NCBI GenBank assembly: GCA_951406725.2
Contig: OX597834.1
Coordinates: forward strand, 18,848,001-18,912,000
Direction: 5' to 3'
Origin: Octopus vulgaris
Lineage: Eukaryota
Length of the DNA: 64,000 nucleotides
In this document: positions 36,056 to 49,871 of the stretch, in pieces
Numbering within the stretch: the stretch's first letter is position 1
How the letters are laid out: every line of letters begins with the position of its first letter
Translations under genes and position numbers: made by a program
The notes under the pieces: generated by a model
The model's database searches: none
Seen by the model: the letters and a program-made list of their open reading frames with translations, nothing else
What the model was told of the DNA's origin: nothing

Positions 36056-37548
36056 TGCTTTGAACATTATAAACATTATTTCCTCATTGCTTTAACCTTC
36101 AATCTTTCAAACTCTTGATTACTCAAACCAATTTTTCTCCGTCTGTTGGTCTTAACTGAGAGAACATATGTAGGTCACGGGTAATGTCTATCCCTTCATT
36201 TCTTTTCTCTATCTCTCTCACACACATACGCACAAAGTTTACAGTTGGATGTTATTTGAACTCAAGTTTATATTTGTAAATTTTGATATATTTCCAGTTT
36301 CCTCACATTTTTTTTATTTTCCATTGCCTTTAAAAGTAATTCTAAATTAGATTCCAGTATTGATCAGTGCTTTGTTCAGCCAATGATCTGCATATTAAAT
36401 CATTGGAAGTAACATGTATGTTGTATTCTCTTTGAGTAAGGCTTCCCTGGTTATTTCCTTCTTAATAACAGTTTAAAACAGCTATTTATATTTTTGTATA
36501 GATTCAAAAACCTGTTATTTTTCTAAAGTATAGGAAGAAAGGAAAGTAAAATATTTTTTAAAAAAAAAAAGAAAAGAAATTATTTTCATAACTTTAAGAA
36601 AGGAAAGTAATATATTACAAAACAAAATTTATTTTCATTGCTTTAAAATTCCTTTTTATTAAATACATTTTCAGTTATTTTTAAACCATTTTTATTACAA
36701 TAGCAACAAAAGTAAGAAAAAAAAAAAAAAAAAAAGAGGAAAAATGGTTTGAATTTCCTCTTTTCATGCTTGGTCTGGTAAAACTGCCAAACATTTCCTG
36801 AAAAACTTTTTTCTAATTCTTCAAAAAAGACAATAAAATTTCAGTAAAATTAATGATAGAATAATTCTAGAATTAGTTTTTGATAATGTTCAAGTATTTC
36901 TCTTCAAATCTATTGAAATTATGCTTCAGCTACCTTTTTTTTTTTTCTCTCATTTTTTTTCTTTTTAATAAATTGTTTTCTAAACATAAATGCCAAGCCC
37001 TGGAAGATTTCATTCCAAATAATGATGTTCACACTGAAATGTGCTGATTTTTCAACAGTATTAGAACACATTAGAATATTTATTAGAATATTCATTCAAT
37101 TTAGTATTTGTTCCAAATGACCCTTTAACTTTTCATATTTCTGGCTGGTCTTCAATACTTTCCCCACTTTTTTTGGTTGTGCTATTTCTATTGGTCATAT
37201 CTGAAAAAGATACAAATAACTATATATATTTATTTATTTATTTATTCATTTTCTTGTGCAAGTTTTAAAATGTTTCATAGAATTTTAGGTATTTTATTAT
37301 TATTTCAAAGAATAACTGAGAGGCATTTTAATTTAAAAGAATTTTTCAAATAGTTTTTTTCTTTTCTAAATATATACAATATTTTTACAGTCGGAAATTT
37401 ACTTGCTGATAAGTTTTTTGAGAAATTATACTATCAAATGCAGAAGGTGTTATGCTTTTTAAAACCTCACCTTACCTCACTATTATGGTTAATGAAAATA
37501 TAAAAGAGAAGAGAATATTTATATTCAACTTTTGTTTTGGAGATACTC

Positions 37549-37589
<41 letters not shown>

Positions 37590-37645
37590 CATTTAAATAT
37601 TTGTTGTGCACGATTTTTTATGTGAAGTCGTGTGTTGAAACAGAT

Positions 37646-37902
37646 ATTGTTATATTTCGGAATGGTCATATTGCCAGTTTAGCCAATAAAAACACACGCA
37701 CTATATATTTGGTGTTATTTTGCTTCAGTGTTATTTATTTTTTACATTAATCTTAATCTTATTTCGCCGAAAGAACTCTGGCTGAAATAAGATTAAGATT
37801 AATGTAAAAATAAATAACACTGAAGCAAAATAACACCAAATATATAGTGCGTGTGTTTTTATTGGCTAAACTGGCAATATGACCATTCCGAAATATAACA
37901 AT
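37646..37902. repeat. Fold-back palindromic element (arms about 120 bp) with a unique 5' extension from about 37590, set in (TA)n
   Basis: TATTGTTATATTTCGGAATGG...CCATTCCGAAATATAACAATA with essentially perfect arms. Confidence 0.9.
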
Positions 37903-37904
37903 AA

Positions 37905-37935
<31 letters not shown>

Positions 37936-38413
37936 TGGAGTTTCCCCTGTTGTGTTGTAGAAATGCTGTGTTCCTGGAGATCTTGTCATAATGCAAAGTT
38001 CTGTAACATAAAGCATATTTTCTTATTGACTTGCTTGTTGTATGGGGTGGGGGATTGAGCATGGAATCAAAGGGAAAATGTATTTTGTATACCTGCAAGA
38101 ATTCAAGGAGAACAATGTGGAGAAAGTGTGTGTGTGTGCATACACACACACACACACACACATTTTATGGACTCTCCCGTCATTAGATGATGTATGAGGG
38201 TTCAACACTTTCTTACCGAACAACCTCAAAGAGGATTTGTTTTATGGTGATCAAATGTTTGTGTACACATAAGCTCACTTCCTCCATCAGATCGACATAG
38301 TCTTGATCCAGTCCTGTTTACATGAAATTACACTGGTACCTAAAGTAATTAGAAAAAATTATGGTATAAGCTACCACTTCCACTTGCTTGTCAGTAATGG
38401 CCAAGTTTATTTT

Positions 38414-38634
38414 TCTTTTTCTCTTTTCTCTTTTACTTGTTTCAGTCATTTGACTGCGGCCATGCTGGAGCACCGCCTTTAGTCGAGCTAATCGACCCCG
38501 GGACTTATTCTTTGTAAGCCCAGTACTTATTCTATCGGTCTCTTTTGCCGAACCGCTAAGTGACGGGGACTTAAACACACCAGCATCGGTTGTCAAGCAA
38601 TGCTAGGGGGACAAACACAGACACACAAACACAT

Positions 38635-38680
<46 letters not shown>

Positions 38681-38836
38681 GACAGGCTTCTTTCAGTTTC
38701 CATCTACCAAATTCCCTCACAAGGCATTGGTCGGCCCGGGGCTATAGTAGAAGACACTTGCCCAAGATGCCACGCAGTGGGACTGAACCCGGAACCATGT
38801 GGTTGGTTAGCAAGCTACTTACCACACAGCCACTCC
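38414..38836 (-). mobile_element. SINE family B flanked by ~148-bp direct repeats
   Basis: Flanks 38264-38412 and 38837-38984. Confidence 0.9.
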
Positions 38837-39263
38837 TACACATAAGCTCACTTCCTCCATCAGATGACATAGTCTTGTTCCAGCCCTGTTTACACGAAAT
38901 TACAATGGTACCTAAAATAATTAGCAAAAAATATGGTATAAGCTACCACTTCCACTTGCTTGTCAGTAACGGCCAAGTTTATTTACTATTTTTTGTTTTT
39001 TTGTTTTTCATTGTGCAAGCAGGGTTGTGTGGTTGAGAAGCTTGCTTTTCAGCCATGTAGTTTCAGGTTCAGTCTTACTGAGTGGTGCCTTAGGTAAGTG
39101 TCTTCTACAGCCCTAGGCTGACCAGGGCCTTCTGAGTGGATTCAATAGATAGCAGCTGAAGTATACATACATACACGCTTGTGTGTGTGTGTTTGTATGT
39201 GTGTGTGTGTGTTTGTTTGTTTGTATGTGTGTGTGTGTGTGTGTTTGTTTGTATGTGTATGTA

Positions 39264-39305
<42 letters not shown>

Positions 39306-39743
39306 TCAGTTACAAGTGATGATTGTTAATGGGCATCATCACCATCATACAGACAATGATGTTCATTTCCAGTCTTCCATGGAAAGTATGTCTGGCTATA
39401 AGAAATATTCTGTTGCTTGGAAACAGGTGAGGGTTGGCAACAGGAAGGGCATCCAGCTGTAGAAAACCTGCCTGAACAAAAGTATCATCTGACCCATGCA
39501 AGCATGGAAAAGTGGGACGATTATCTATCTGTCTGTCTCTCTGTCTGTATAAATTAAAGATGATGATGTGTGTGCATGTGTGTCTTAATTAAAAATGATG
39601 ATGTGTGTGTGTGTGTGTGTGTGCATGTATGTATGTATGCATGTAAATTAAAAGATGATGTATGTGTGTGTATGTATAAATTAAAAGATGATGATGATGT
39701 GTGTGTATGTATGTAAATTAAAAGATGATGACGACAATATACA

Positions 39744-39811
<68 letters not shown>

Positions 39812-39983
39812 TGTGTATGTATGTAAATTAAAGATAAACATTTATTTAGCCAATTTGATATTTTAGACGGTTATTTTCTTCAAATATTCAATATTTTAAA
39901 TAAGTTTCATATTTTTATTTTGTAATACGAACGACATTAAAAGAAAAAATTGTCTTCTTGTTTTATTACTTTCTTTCCATTAG

Positions 39984-40073
39984 GAAGATTTCCTTGCAGG
40001 TGATTTAACAAAATATATTGACATTAGTGACACAGTGTTGACTTGGTTGTTGCATTTGGATAATTGTATCTTA
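39984..40073 (+). CDS. Candidate coding exon of an unidentified gene (EDFLAGDLTKYIDISDTVLTWLLHLDNCIL)
   Basis: ttctttccattag acceptor, TTA|gtgaga donor, 90 nt, open in phase 0, unique sequence; no homology recognised. Confidence 0.35.
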
Positions 40074-40349
40074 GTGAGAACATTCCATTCAAACCAATAA
40101 TAATAATAATAATAATAATAACAAAAACAAAAAAGAAAGTTCCGGTACTGTTATTAATTTATGGTTTTGAATCTCTCTCACTTTATTTATTTTGGCAGCA
40201 GTTGTAAAAAGCTCTCAATTTGTTTTTCATTTCTACAAATCCAAGATTACTTGCGTGTCTTTTCCAATTACAGTTGAAATGTTTCAGATATTGGTATAGT
40301 TTAGTTTTGTCTAAAGAAAGTACTTTTTCCTTGTGTGTATGAACTTGCT

Positions 40350-40785
40350 AAGTTGTACACACATACACACACACATACACACACATGCATACACACTGTC
40401 TCTCACACTCTCTCTCTCCCTCCCCTTCTCTCCTCCCCACTTTTTTAACACACACACGCACACACACACAGAGACACACACACATACACACACTGTCTCT
40501 CACTCTCTCTCCCCCTCTTCTTTTCCATTCTCTCCTCCAAACTTTTTTAACACACACACGCACACACACACATACACACGCACACACACACATACACACG
40601 CGCACACACACATACACACGCGCACACACACATACACACGCACACACACACACACGCACACACACACACACACATACACACACACATACACACACGCATA
40701 CACACTGTCTCTCACTCTCTCTCTCTCCCCTTCTTTTCCCTTCTCTCCTCCTCACTTTTTTAACACACACACACACACACACGCA
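40350..40785. repeat. (CA)n/(CT)n compound repeat with three TTTTTAACACAC-containing units
   Basis: Direct inspection. Confidence 0.9.
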
Positions 40786-40999
40786 CAGTTATTAAAAAGA
40801 ATTCGACTTAATCATCTGGGAGCAGGACTATGCTGGTCACCACCCCACAAGCATGGCAATGCACTGGGGCTCCTACATACACAGCCACAGCCTACATCAA
40901 ATTAACATTGCACTCCTAAGCTCATGGGGTCCCCACCCCCTGCGGCAGCTCTCCTGTGTACTTATCCCTTAAAATGGCACTACCTGTGATTATTCTGCT

Positions 41000-41412
41000 C
41001 GGCGAGCTGGCAGAATCGTTAGCACGCCGGGCGAAATACGTAACCGTATTTCGTCTGCCGTTACGTTCTGAGTTCAAATTCCGCCGAGGTCGACTTTGCC
41101 TTTCATCCTTTTGTGGTCGATAAATTAAGTACCAGTCATGCACTGGGGTCAATGTAATCGACTTAATCCATTTGTCTGTCCTTGTTTGTCCCCTCTATGT
41201 TTAGCCCCTTGTGAGTAGTAAAGAAATAGGTATTTCGTCTGCCGCTACGTTCTGAGTTCAAATTCCGCCGAGGTCGACTTTGCCTTTCATCCTTTCGGGG
41301 TCGATAAATTAAGTACCAGTTAGATACTGAGGTCAATGTAATCGACTTAATCCCTTTGTCTGTCCTTGTTTGTCCTCTCTATGTTTAGCCCCTTGTGAGC
41401 AATAAAGAAATA
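41000..41412 (+). mobile_element. SINE family A dimer
   Basis: Junction AAAGAAATA|GGTATTTCG at 41228/41229. Confidence 0.88.
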
Positions 41413-41727
41413 TGTACCTGTTGTGGATTGTTTTCAATACTTTTGAGATTCCTCTTTCTTTTGGTTTCTGCTGTCACAGTTTTACATACATACACAATTT
41501 TCTTGGGATAGTTTGGAACTTACAGACCTTTATTGCTGCCAGCAAACTTTCACGATCCTCATCAGCTGCCTTCCTATCTTATGAGATACCATTTTTAGCA
41601 TCCAACCACTTTCAAGTATGTCGGTTATTATTACATCTATTCTTTTATGCAAGAGTGGGTATCAGGTTCGTGGAGGTGTTAAACCTGTTCACAAACCGGT
41701 GTTTGTATTTATAAGCTTAATGCCAGC

Positions 41728-41815
41728 AACAATAATAATAATGATGATAATAATAATAATAATAATAATGATAATAATAATAATAATGATAATGATGATA
41801 ATAATAATAATAATG

Positions 41816-41856
<41 letters not shown>

Positions 41857-41863
41857 GATAATG

Positions 41864-41894
<31 letters not shown>

Positions 41895-41915
41895 TGATAA
41901 TAATAATAATGATAA
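41728..41915. repeat. (AAT/GAT)n microsatellite
   Basis: Direct inspection. Confidence 0.95.
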
Positions 41916-42429
41916 TTATTATTTTTATTATTACATACTGTTGTTGTTTGCGGTATAATCTTACTACCAAGTAATGAACTGGATATATCCCATATTTATT
42001 TTTTTTTCATTTAGTTTTTATTGCTTTGTCTTTGATGTACCAAGCAAGAGTTTTTAAATAACAAGAGTTCACGGATGGTCGCCCCAAATGTTTGTTTCCT
42101 TGCGAAAGAAATAGATCAAAAGGGAGCTGATGTTGCAAATACATATCTGACTTCTTTAGCTCATAAAATGTTAAAAACAAACAAACGACCATTGAATATA
42201 ATAAATACTTTTAATGCCATGCTTGATTGATTTGGTTAGAGCAGCAAATAAAACCAATCTAGTGAAGAATTTTTTTTTTTTTATTATTATTATTATTCAA
42301 AGGAAGTTATGATATAATACTGACAGTTACATTTGTACATTTATGATTTTGGCATTAGTAAATGACCTGAAGATTTCTATATAAACTGAATATCTGTTGA
42401 AATTACTTGTAGATTCTTTACATATGTGT

Positions 42430-43095
42430 TTTATGGTGTATATATATACATGTATGTGTGTGTGTGTGTATGTGGGTTTGTGTTATGGTGTATATGTGTG
42501 TGTATTATGATGTATATGTGTGTTATGGTGTGTGTATTATGATGTATATGTGTGTTATGGTGTGTGTGTTATGATGTATATGTGTGTTATGGTGTGTGTG
42601 TTATGATGTATATGTATGTTATGGTGTGTGTGTTATGATGTATATGTGTGTTATGGTGTGTGTATTATGATGTATATGTGTGTTATGGTGTGTGTGTTAT
42701 GATGTATATGTGTGTATTATGATGTATATGTGTGTTATGGTGTGTGTATTATGATGTATATGTGTGTTATGGTGTGTGTTATGATGTATATGTGTGTTAT
42801 GGTGTGTGTATTATGATGTATATGTGTGTTATGGTGTGTGTTATGATGTATATGTGTGTTATGGTGTGTGTGTGTGTTATGTTGTATGTGTGTGTTATGG
42901 TGTGTGTATTATGATGTATATGTGTGTTATGGTGTGTGTGTTATGATGTATATGTGTGTTATGGTGTGTGTGTGTTATGATGTATATGTGTGTTATGGTG
43001 TGTGTGTGTGTTATGATGTATATGTGTGTTATGATGAATATATGTGTTATGGTGTGTGTTATGTTGTATGTGTGTATGTGTTATGGTGTGTGTGT
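42430..43095. repeat. TG-rich minisatellite (TTATGATGTATATGTGTG-TTATGGTGTGTG units)
   Basis: Direct inspection. Confidence 0.95.
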
Positions 43096-43499
43096 ACGTA
43101 TGCTGATATACATACTGAATGATGTATGTGGATAACGTGTTGTTTTGATACCAAAATAACAGATTTTTATGTAGTTTCAAGCTCTGATGCTTAGGGAGTT
43201 GCACATTACATCACTTAGTTCTGTAAACTAGTTTACTATTTGATGCATCACTGATGGTTTCGGTGACATTTTTGTGAAATTGTTTCTTGGACTATAGCTG
43301 AGCAGTAATTTGTTTCTCCGGAGTCACTGACTGTTGAATTTAGCAGCAACTAAGCTACTTAAAGACTAAACAGAAAAGGAAATATTGTTGACCAATATAT
43401 ACAAGAGAAGTAGCAGTCACTGAATGGATGGATTGTTTCTCCTTTTGACAAAGAATTGTGACTTTATGGTGTATTGGTGGAGCGCTCTTACGTGAAGGG

Positions 43500-43808
43500 G
43501 TGAAGGCGTGTGGTTTAGGGGTTAGGATATTCAGTTCAGGATCATAAGATTGTGAGTTTGATTCCTGGTGGTGCATCATGTCCTTGGGCAAGACACTTTA
43601 TTTCACTTTGCTCCAGTCAACTCAGCTGAGTTTTACCTGTAATTACAAAGAGGCCAGCCTTGTCATATTCTGTGTCACACTGAATCTCTCTGAGAACTAC
43701 ATTAAGGTGTATGCACGTGTGTCTGTGGAGTGCTCAGCCACTTGCATGTTGATTCCATGAGCTGGCTGTTCCTTCAATCAGATCAACTGAAATCCTTGTT
43801 ATCATAAC
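43500..43808 (+). mobile_element. SINE family E
   Basis: tRNA-like head, TCCTTGGGCAAGACACTTTA core and GAGTGCTCAGCCACTTGCA block; relatives at about 57115-57447 (+), 61610-62075 (-), 2030-2105 and 25030-25125. Confidence 0.7.
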
Positions 43809-43809
43809 C

Positions 43810-44219
43810 GTGGCTGTGTGGTAAGTAGCTTGCTTACCAACCACATGGTTTCGGGTTCAGTGCCACTGCATGGCATCTTGGGCAAGTGTCTTCTACTATA
43901 GCCTCGGGCAGACCAATGCCTTGTGAGTGGATTTGGTAGATGGAAACTGAAAGAAGCCTGTCGTATATATGTATATATATATATATTTATATGTATGTGT
44001 GTGTGTATATGTTTGTGTTTATGTTTGTCCCCCTAGCATTGCTTGACAACCGATGCTGGTGTGTTTACGTCCCTGTCACCTAGCGGTTTGGCAAAAGAGA
44101 CCGATAGAATAAGTACTAGGCTTACAAAGAATAAGTCCCAGGGTCGATTTGCTCGACTAAAGGCAGTGCTCCAGCATGGCCACAGTCAAATGACTGAAAC
44201 AAGTTAAAGAGTAAAGAGA
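43810..44219 (+). mobile_element. SINE family B
   Basis: Direct match. Confidence 0.9.
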
Positions 44220-44784
44220 AAATTCAACAGAGTGTCAATTGTGGGAAGGGCAAGAGAATCAACCTTTCCAATCCAGCTACCATGTTCTTCTATTACAGCT
44301 GCTTTGAATCGAGGATGACTTGGAAGAATGTACCATGCTTTTTTTTAATTGTTTTCTGTGCTAGTGTAGTTGTGCACAGGCATAGGTACCCTCTCTACCT
44401 TCAGCTGTGAACCCTCAACTCTGATGGAGTAGTCAGCAAGGGTCAGCTGGTAGGAGAGATGGCTGCACAAGCACCACACTGTTATTTATTTCAGTTGAGT
44501 GGATTAGAAATAAGCCCTATGCTCAAAAACACAACTCACTACCTCTTCCAGGAATTGAACCCACAACCTCATTTGAGCAGGAAAAGAAAACAAAAAAAAA
44601 AAACTATATTTTATCTTTTACATGTTTCAGTCACTGGACTCTGGCCATGCTGGAGCACCTCCTCAAAGAGCTTAGTTGACACTGATACTTATTTTTAAGT
44701 TTAGTTATCAGTCTATTGTTGTTTTTGCTGAACCACTAAGTTACAGGGATATAAATAAATCAACCCTGATTGTCAAGCAGTGAT

Positions 44785-45070
44785 CACAACACACACACAC
44801 ACATGCACACAGTCACACACACATGCACACAGTCACACACACATGCGTGCACACACACACACATGCGTGCACACACACACACATGCATGCACACACACAC
44901 ACATGCATGTACACACACACATGCATGCACACACACATGCATGCTCACACACACATGCATGCACACACACACATGCATGCACACACACACAGGCATGCAC
45001 ATAGGCACATGCACACACATGCGCACACACTCATGTGCACACATACACACACACATACACATGTACACAC
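44785..45070. repeat. (CA)n/CATG compound microsatellite at the end of a minus-strand family B fragment (44610-44790)
   Basis: Direct inspection. Confidence 0.9.
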
Positions 45071-45292
45071 AGAATGCCAGATACATGATGTGTGAATAAC
45101 AGATGAGAGAGTCACAGCCGGAAAGCATTTGATCACAGATCTGCTCAGCCAGGGCTGACCTGCGGGCTGAATAGCAACAACTTAATTAACATGTCAGTAA
45201 TCGCAAATATTAATTATATGCTGCTCTATAAAAGAGCCTAGAGCGTGTTGGACTTCATTGTCTGTTTAGATTCCTAATTATTGGTATCGTCT

Positions 45293-45503
45293 TAACCCTT
45301 TGGCATTTAAACCAACCAAATCCAGCCAAAATATTCTACCTGTTTTAAACCAGCCAGATCAAGCCTCTCACACCTGCCCTTCAATGCCATTCTAAAAATA
45401 CAGTCACATCATCAAAATTCTGAACCTACAAGATGATGCATGATTAATTCAATGTGAATGAAAAGCGTTACATTTGATAGAATAATCTGAATTCTAAATG
45501 GCT
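45293..45503. mobile_element. piggyBac-type MITE (family 1), diverged
   Basis: TTAACCCTTTGGCATT start; matches other family 1 copies. Confidence 0.7.
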
Positions 45504-45676
45504 ACTGTTTGAGATGTTGTAGTTATTGAATTATAAAATGATAACCCAGAGTTTGATATGATAATATCATTAGAGTTTGATATGATAATATCATTAGAGA
45601 ATGATTGAATTGTTTATAAGATGTTACGTCTTATGCAGAAATTTTCTGTCAGTTGATTCTCTAGTTTTCTTACTAG

Positions 45677-45743
45677 AAACTAAAGTATTGCAGGCATATT
45701 GATCCAAATGTCAAAGAAAGTGTCAAGTTGTTCTTTGAATTAA
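45677..45743 (+). CDS. Candidate coding exon (KLKYCRHIDPNVKESVKLFFEL)
   Basis: ttttcttactag acceptor, TAA|gtaata donor; the phase-0 start is compatible with the 39984-40073 exon. Confidence 0.25.
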
Positions 45744-46657
45744 GTAATACCATTCTCACTACTTCATCATCATCATCATCATCACCCTCATCATTTAACG
45801 TCCATTTTTCATGCTGGCATGGGTTGGATGGTTTGACCATAGCTGGTAAGACCAGGGGTTGCACCAAACTCTATTCTCTGTTCTGGCATGGTTTCTACAG
45901 CTGGATGCCTCCCTAATACCAATCAGTCCTAAGAGTATAAAATGATGTGGAGGAATTTACTGTTCTTTTATATAATAATAATAATAATAATAATAAAACA
46001 TTGTATACATCTACATGTAATTTCCTGAAGATATACTTTACTATATAGTCCTAAGAGTATAAAATGATGTGGCCTTAAAGGATGCAGTGTCATGGCAGTC
46101 AACAACTGGACTAATTTTATACTTTTAAGTTACCAATTTGATTGGCTTCATACTTTATTGATAATAATAATAATAATATAATAATGAAATTATTGTATAC
46201 AGTGCTCAGGTGCACCACAACTTGTCAGAAAGTGTGTTTAAAGCATATGTAGTAATGTACAAATGTCTGGAAAGTGAACAATGTATGAGTCAGATGCATG
46301 CTTGTGTGTGTATGGAGGGGAGAAAATCAGGTGTAGTGTTGGCGGGATGCTTAAGTTTAAAAATATGGCAAATACTTTTACTGCAGAACCTTTCCAGCAC
46401 CAAAATATCAGCTATTATAGAAGATGTGGTAGTCTTATTGGTACCCAATTAATAATTGGGTACTATGTTGGTTTAGACAATCGTTTTCATATTTTCTGGT
46501 AGATACTTCTTCAATCAAAAGTCAAATGTAGATTATGCAAATGTTCGATTCTATAATTTATTTATCTTTTATCCTTCAACTTGTAACAGTCATTAGACTG
46601 TGGCAATGCTGGGGCACCACATTGAAAGTTTTTTTTAGCTGAATTAATTGACCCAAT

Positions 46658-47055
46658 AGGCATAAGAGTGGCTGTGTGGTAAGTAGCTTGCTTACCAGCC
46701 ACATGGTTCCAGGTTCAGTCCCACTGTGTGGCACCTTGGGCAAGTGTCTTCTACTATAGCTTCGGGCTGACTAGAGCCTTGTGAGTGGAATTGGGTGACG
46801 GAAACTGAAAGAAGCCTGCCATCTATATATATATATGTATGTATGTGTGTATACGTTTGTGTGTCTGTGTTTGTCCCCCCATCTTCGCTTGACAACTGAT
46901 GCTGGTGTGTTAAATCCCCATAACTTAGCAGTTTGGCAAAAGAGACTGATAGAATAAGTACTAGGCTTACAAAAAAATAAGTTCTGGGGTCGATTTGCTC
47001 GACTAAAGGCGGTGCTCCAGCATGGCCACAGTCAAATGACTGAAACAAGTAAAAA
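46658..47055 (+). mobile_element. SINE family B nested antisense inside an older family B copy (46575-47630)
   Basis: Pieces of the older minus-strand copy at 46575-46657, 47070-47195 and 47567-47630. Confidence 0.85.
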
Positions 47056-47215
47056 AAGAAAAAAAAAGTTATTTTTTTAAATCCTAGAACTTATTCTATC
47101 AGTGTCTTTCGCCAAATTGCTAAGTTATGGGGATGTAAACACAACCACACCAGTTGTCAAGTGGGGGTGGGGGACAAATGCTGACACAAATACATACAGA
47201 TCGGTTGATATATAC

Positions 47216-47533
47216 ACTCGGGCTCATCACAAATTTCATCACTCGGGTTCATCACAGATTTTGCATAAGACACATACTGGCTCAAAAAATTTCATGTTTT
47301 TCCACTATATTTCTAGCCACAAATGGCTTAAATTGTATCTCTAGCACTATGCCTTTCTCCATTTCTAAGTTAAGGGTAAAACTAAAGCAACTCGGCAAAG
47401 CAACTGATCTTTGCACACAGATGCACAGAATAACAGCAATCAAATAACGACAGTGGAGTGCACAACAGACATCTTGACAAGAGATACCAGTTAGTTTTTT
47501 GCACCTCCCAGGCTTCTTCGTATTAGCCCGAGT
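47216..47533. mobile_element. Probable mariner-derived MITE
   Basis: Short inverted termini ACTCGGGCTCAT / ATTAGCCCGAGT; it interrupts a SINE. Confidence 0.45.
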
Positions 47534-47712
47534 TGCTGGATAATTTTTCGTTCCTTTAAGAATATTGGAACTGAATCAGAACTATGTGGCTTGGAATCAA
47601 ACTTCTTACCACACAGCCAAGTGTGTGCCTTTTTATTGAATTTATGATATTTGTTTTATTATTTCCAAAGTAATATCCACACTGGTATATGATATTTCTT
47701 TTTAATATCAAC

Positions 47713-48124
47713 AGGCACAGGAGTGGCTGTGTGGTAAGTAGCTTGCTAACCAACCACATGGGTTCAGTCCCACTGCGTTTCATCTTAGGCAAGTGTCTTC
47801 TGCTATAGCCCCGGGCCAACCAATGCCTTGTGAGTGGATTTGGTAGATGGAAACTGAAAGAAGCCTGTCGTATATATGTATACATATATATATATGTATG
47901 TGTGTGTGTTTGTGTGTCTGTGTTTGTCCCCCTAGCATTGCTTGACAACCGATGCTGGTGTGTTTACGTCCCCGTCACTTAGCGGTTCGGCAAAAAGAGA
48001 CCGATAGAATAAGTGCTGGGCTTATAAAGAATAAGTCCCAGGGTCGATTTGCTCGACTAAAGGCGGTGCTCCAGCATGGCCGCAGTCAAATGATTGAAAC
48101 AAGCAAAAGAAAAGAAAAAGAAAG
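47713..48124 (+). mobile_element. SINE family B, full length
   Basis: Direct match. Confidence 0.9.
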
Positions 48125-49149
48125 TTAATTAAAAATATCAACATTCACTTAATGATTGACTCTGCGATGTTTGTTCTTTGCTTCATCATCTCATTAACTT
48201 TAATTAATATATGCTTTCTATGATTCATGTATTACTAATCAATGATGATAATCTTGTTAATAGATGGTAGAGTGAGCTTATTACTACCAGTAATTAGTCT
48301 CAATTGCTGATCGTTAATGGTTATGAAATAGCTAATTGAATAATGTATCTGTGTATGATCTCATTAGTTTTATCTATATCAAGATTAGATTGCCAAGACT
48401 TCTGAAGAAAGTTAGTTATGGTACACAAATATGATCTCCATTTAAGATGAACTTTACGAATCTCATATTTTATCATTAGATTTCATCATCCTCATCACTA
48501 TATCATAATTTAATGTCCATTTTCCATACTGGCCTGAGTTCGACCGTTTGGCTAGAGCTCGCAAATGGGGTAGCCTCACCAGGTTACAGTCATATGTTTT
48601 GGCTTGGTTTCTATGACTGGGTGCCCTTCCTTACAGCAACCGCTATAGGGTGTACTGGATGTTTTTTTAAGTGGCACCAACACAGGTGCTTTTTATATGG
48701 TTAGATTTCAATTTTATTTTTTCTTCTGATTAAAAAAAAAAAAATCTTTTTCTATTATCATGGAATTTCAAAAAGAATATCTAAAGGATTTGAATATACC
48801 TGAAGATAAAAACGACAAAAATAATCAATGATAACCAAAAAAAAAACCCCAAAAAACCCAAACGAGTTTTTGTTTTTTTAATAAAATGTTTAAAGAAATA
48901 CAAGAAGCCAAGACAGCATTTATTATAAGAATGTAATAATTTGCATTTATGCAAGTTTTATTTTTTTCAAGTTAACCTTTTTGCATGAATTACTTGGGCA
49001 AGTATCTTACATTCATGGTTACTCTTTGCATTAGAAATCAGTCAACTGCGATTGGGACATCATGTTTGCATTTCATAAACTTAACATCAGTTAGAGCTAA
49101 TGAAGGGGTGGAAGCTATTACACGCACACACATACACATACCACGATTT

Positions 49150-49560
49150 ATTTGCTTGTTTCAGTCATTAGACTGCGACCATGCAGGGATACCTCCTTGA
49201 AGAGTTTTTAGTTGAATGACTTGGCCCCCTCAGGACATTTTAAAGCCTGGTACTTATTCTATCTGTCCCTCTTACCAGACTGCTAAGTTATGGGAACATA
49301 ATCACACACGCATGCACGCACACACACACACACGCACACACACACACACACACACGCACACACACACACACACACGCACACATACACACACACACACAGA
49401 CATATATGCATAACAGTCTTCTTTCAGTTTCTGTCTACCAAATTCACTCACAAGATTTTGGTAGCAGTGGAACTGAACCCAGAACCATGTTGCTGGGAAG
49501 AAAGCTTCTTACTACACAACCACACCTCTACACACACACACACATCTACACACACACACT

Positions 49561-49597
<37 letters not shown>

Positions 49598-49710
49598 GGA
49601 CGATGGGCTTCTAGCAGTTTTTGTCTACCAAATTCACTCACAAGATTTTGGTAGCAGTGGGGCTGAACCCAGAGCGATGTGGTTGGGAAGAAAGCTTCTT
49701 ACCACACCAA
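49150..49710 (-). mobile_element. Rearranged family B SINE with a duplicated head segment
   Basis: GTCTACCAAATTCACTCACAAGATTTTGGTAGCAGTGG is present twice, sharing the same internal deletion. Confidence 0.75.
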
Positions 49711-49832
49711 CTCACACACACACACACGCACACGCACGTTAATAAAATCTTTACAGTTTTAATTGCAATGACTACGACCTCAGCTCATTGGCATATTAAA
49801 CATGCTTAGGAACTGAAAACAAATTAACACTG

Positions 49833-49871
<39 letters not shown>

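Noticed and set aside
48748-48789. Minus-strand terminal exon VYSNPLDILFEIP* after a strong acceptor
   Set aside because: Too short, with no supportable upstream partner exons; cannot be told from chance.
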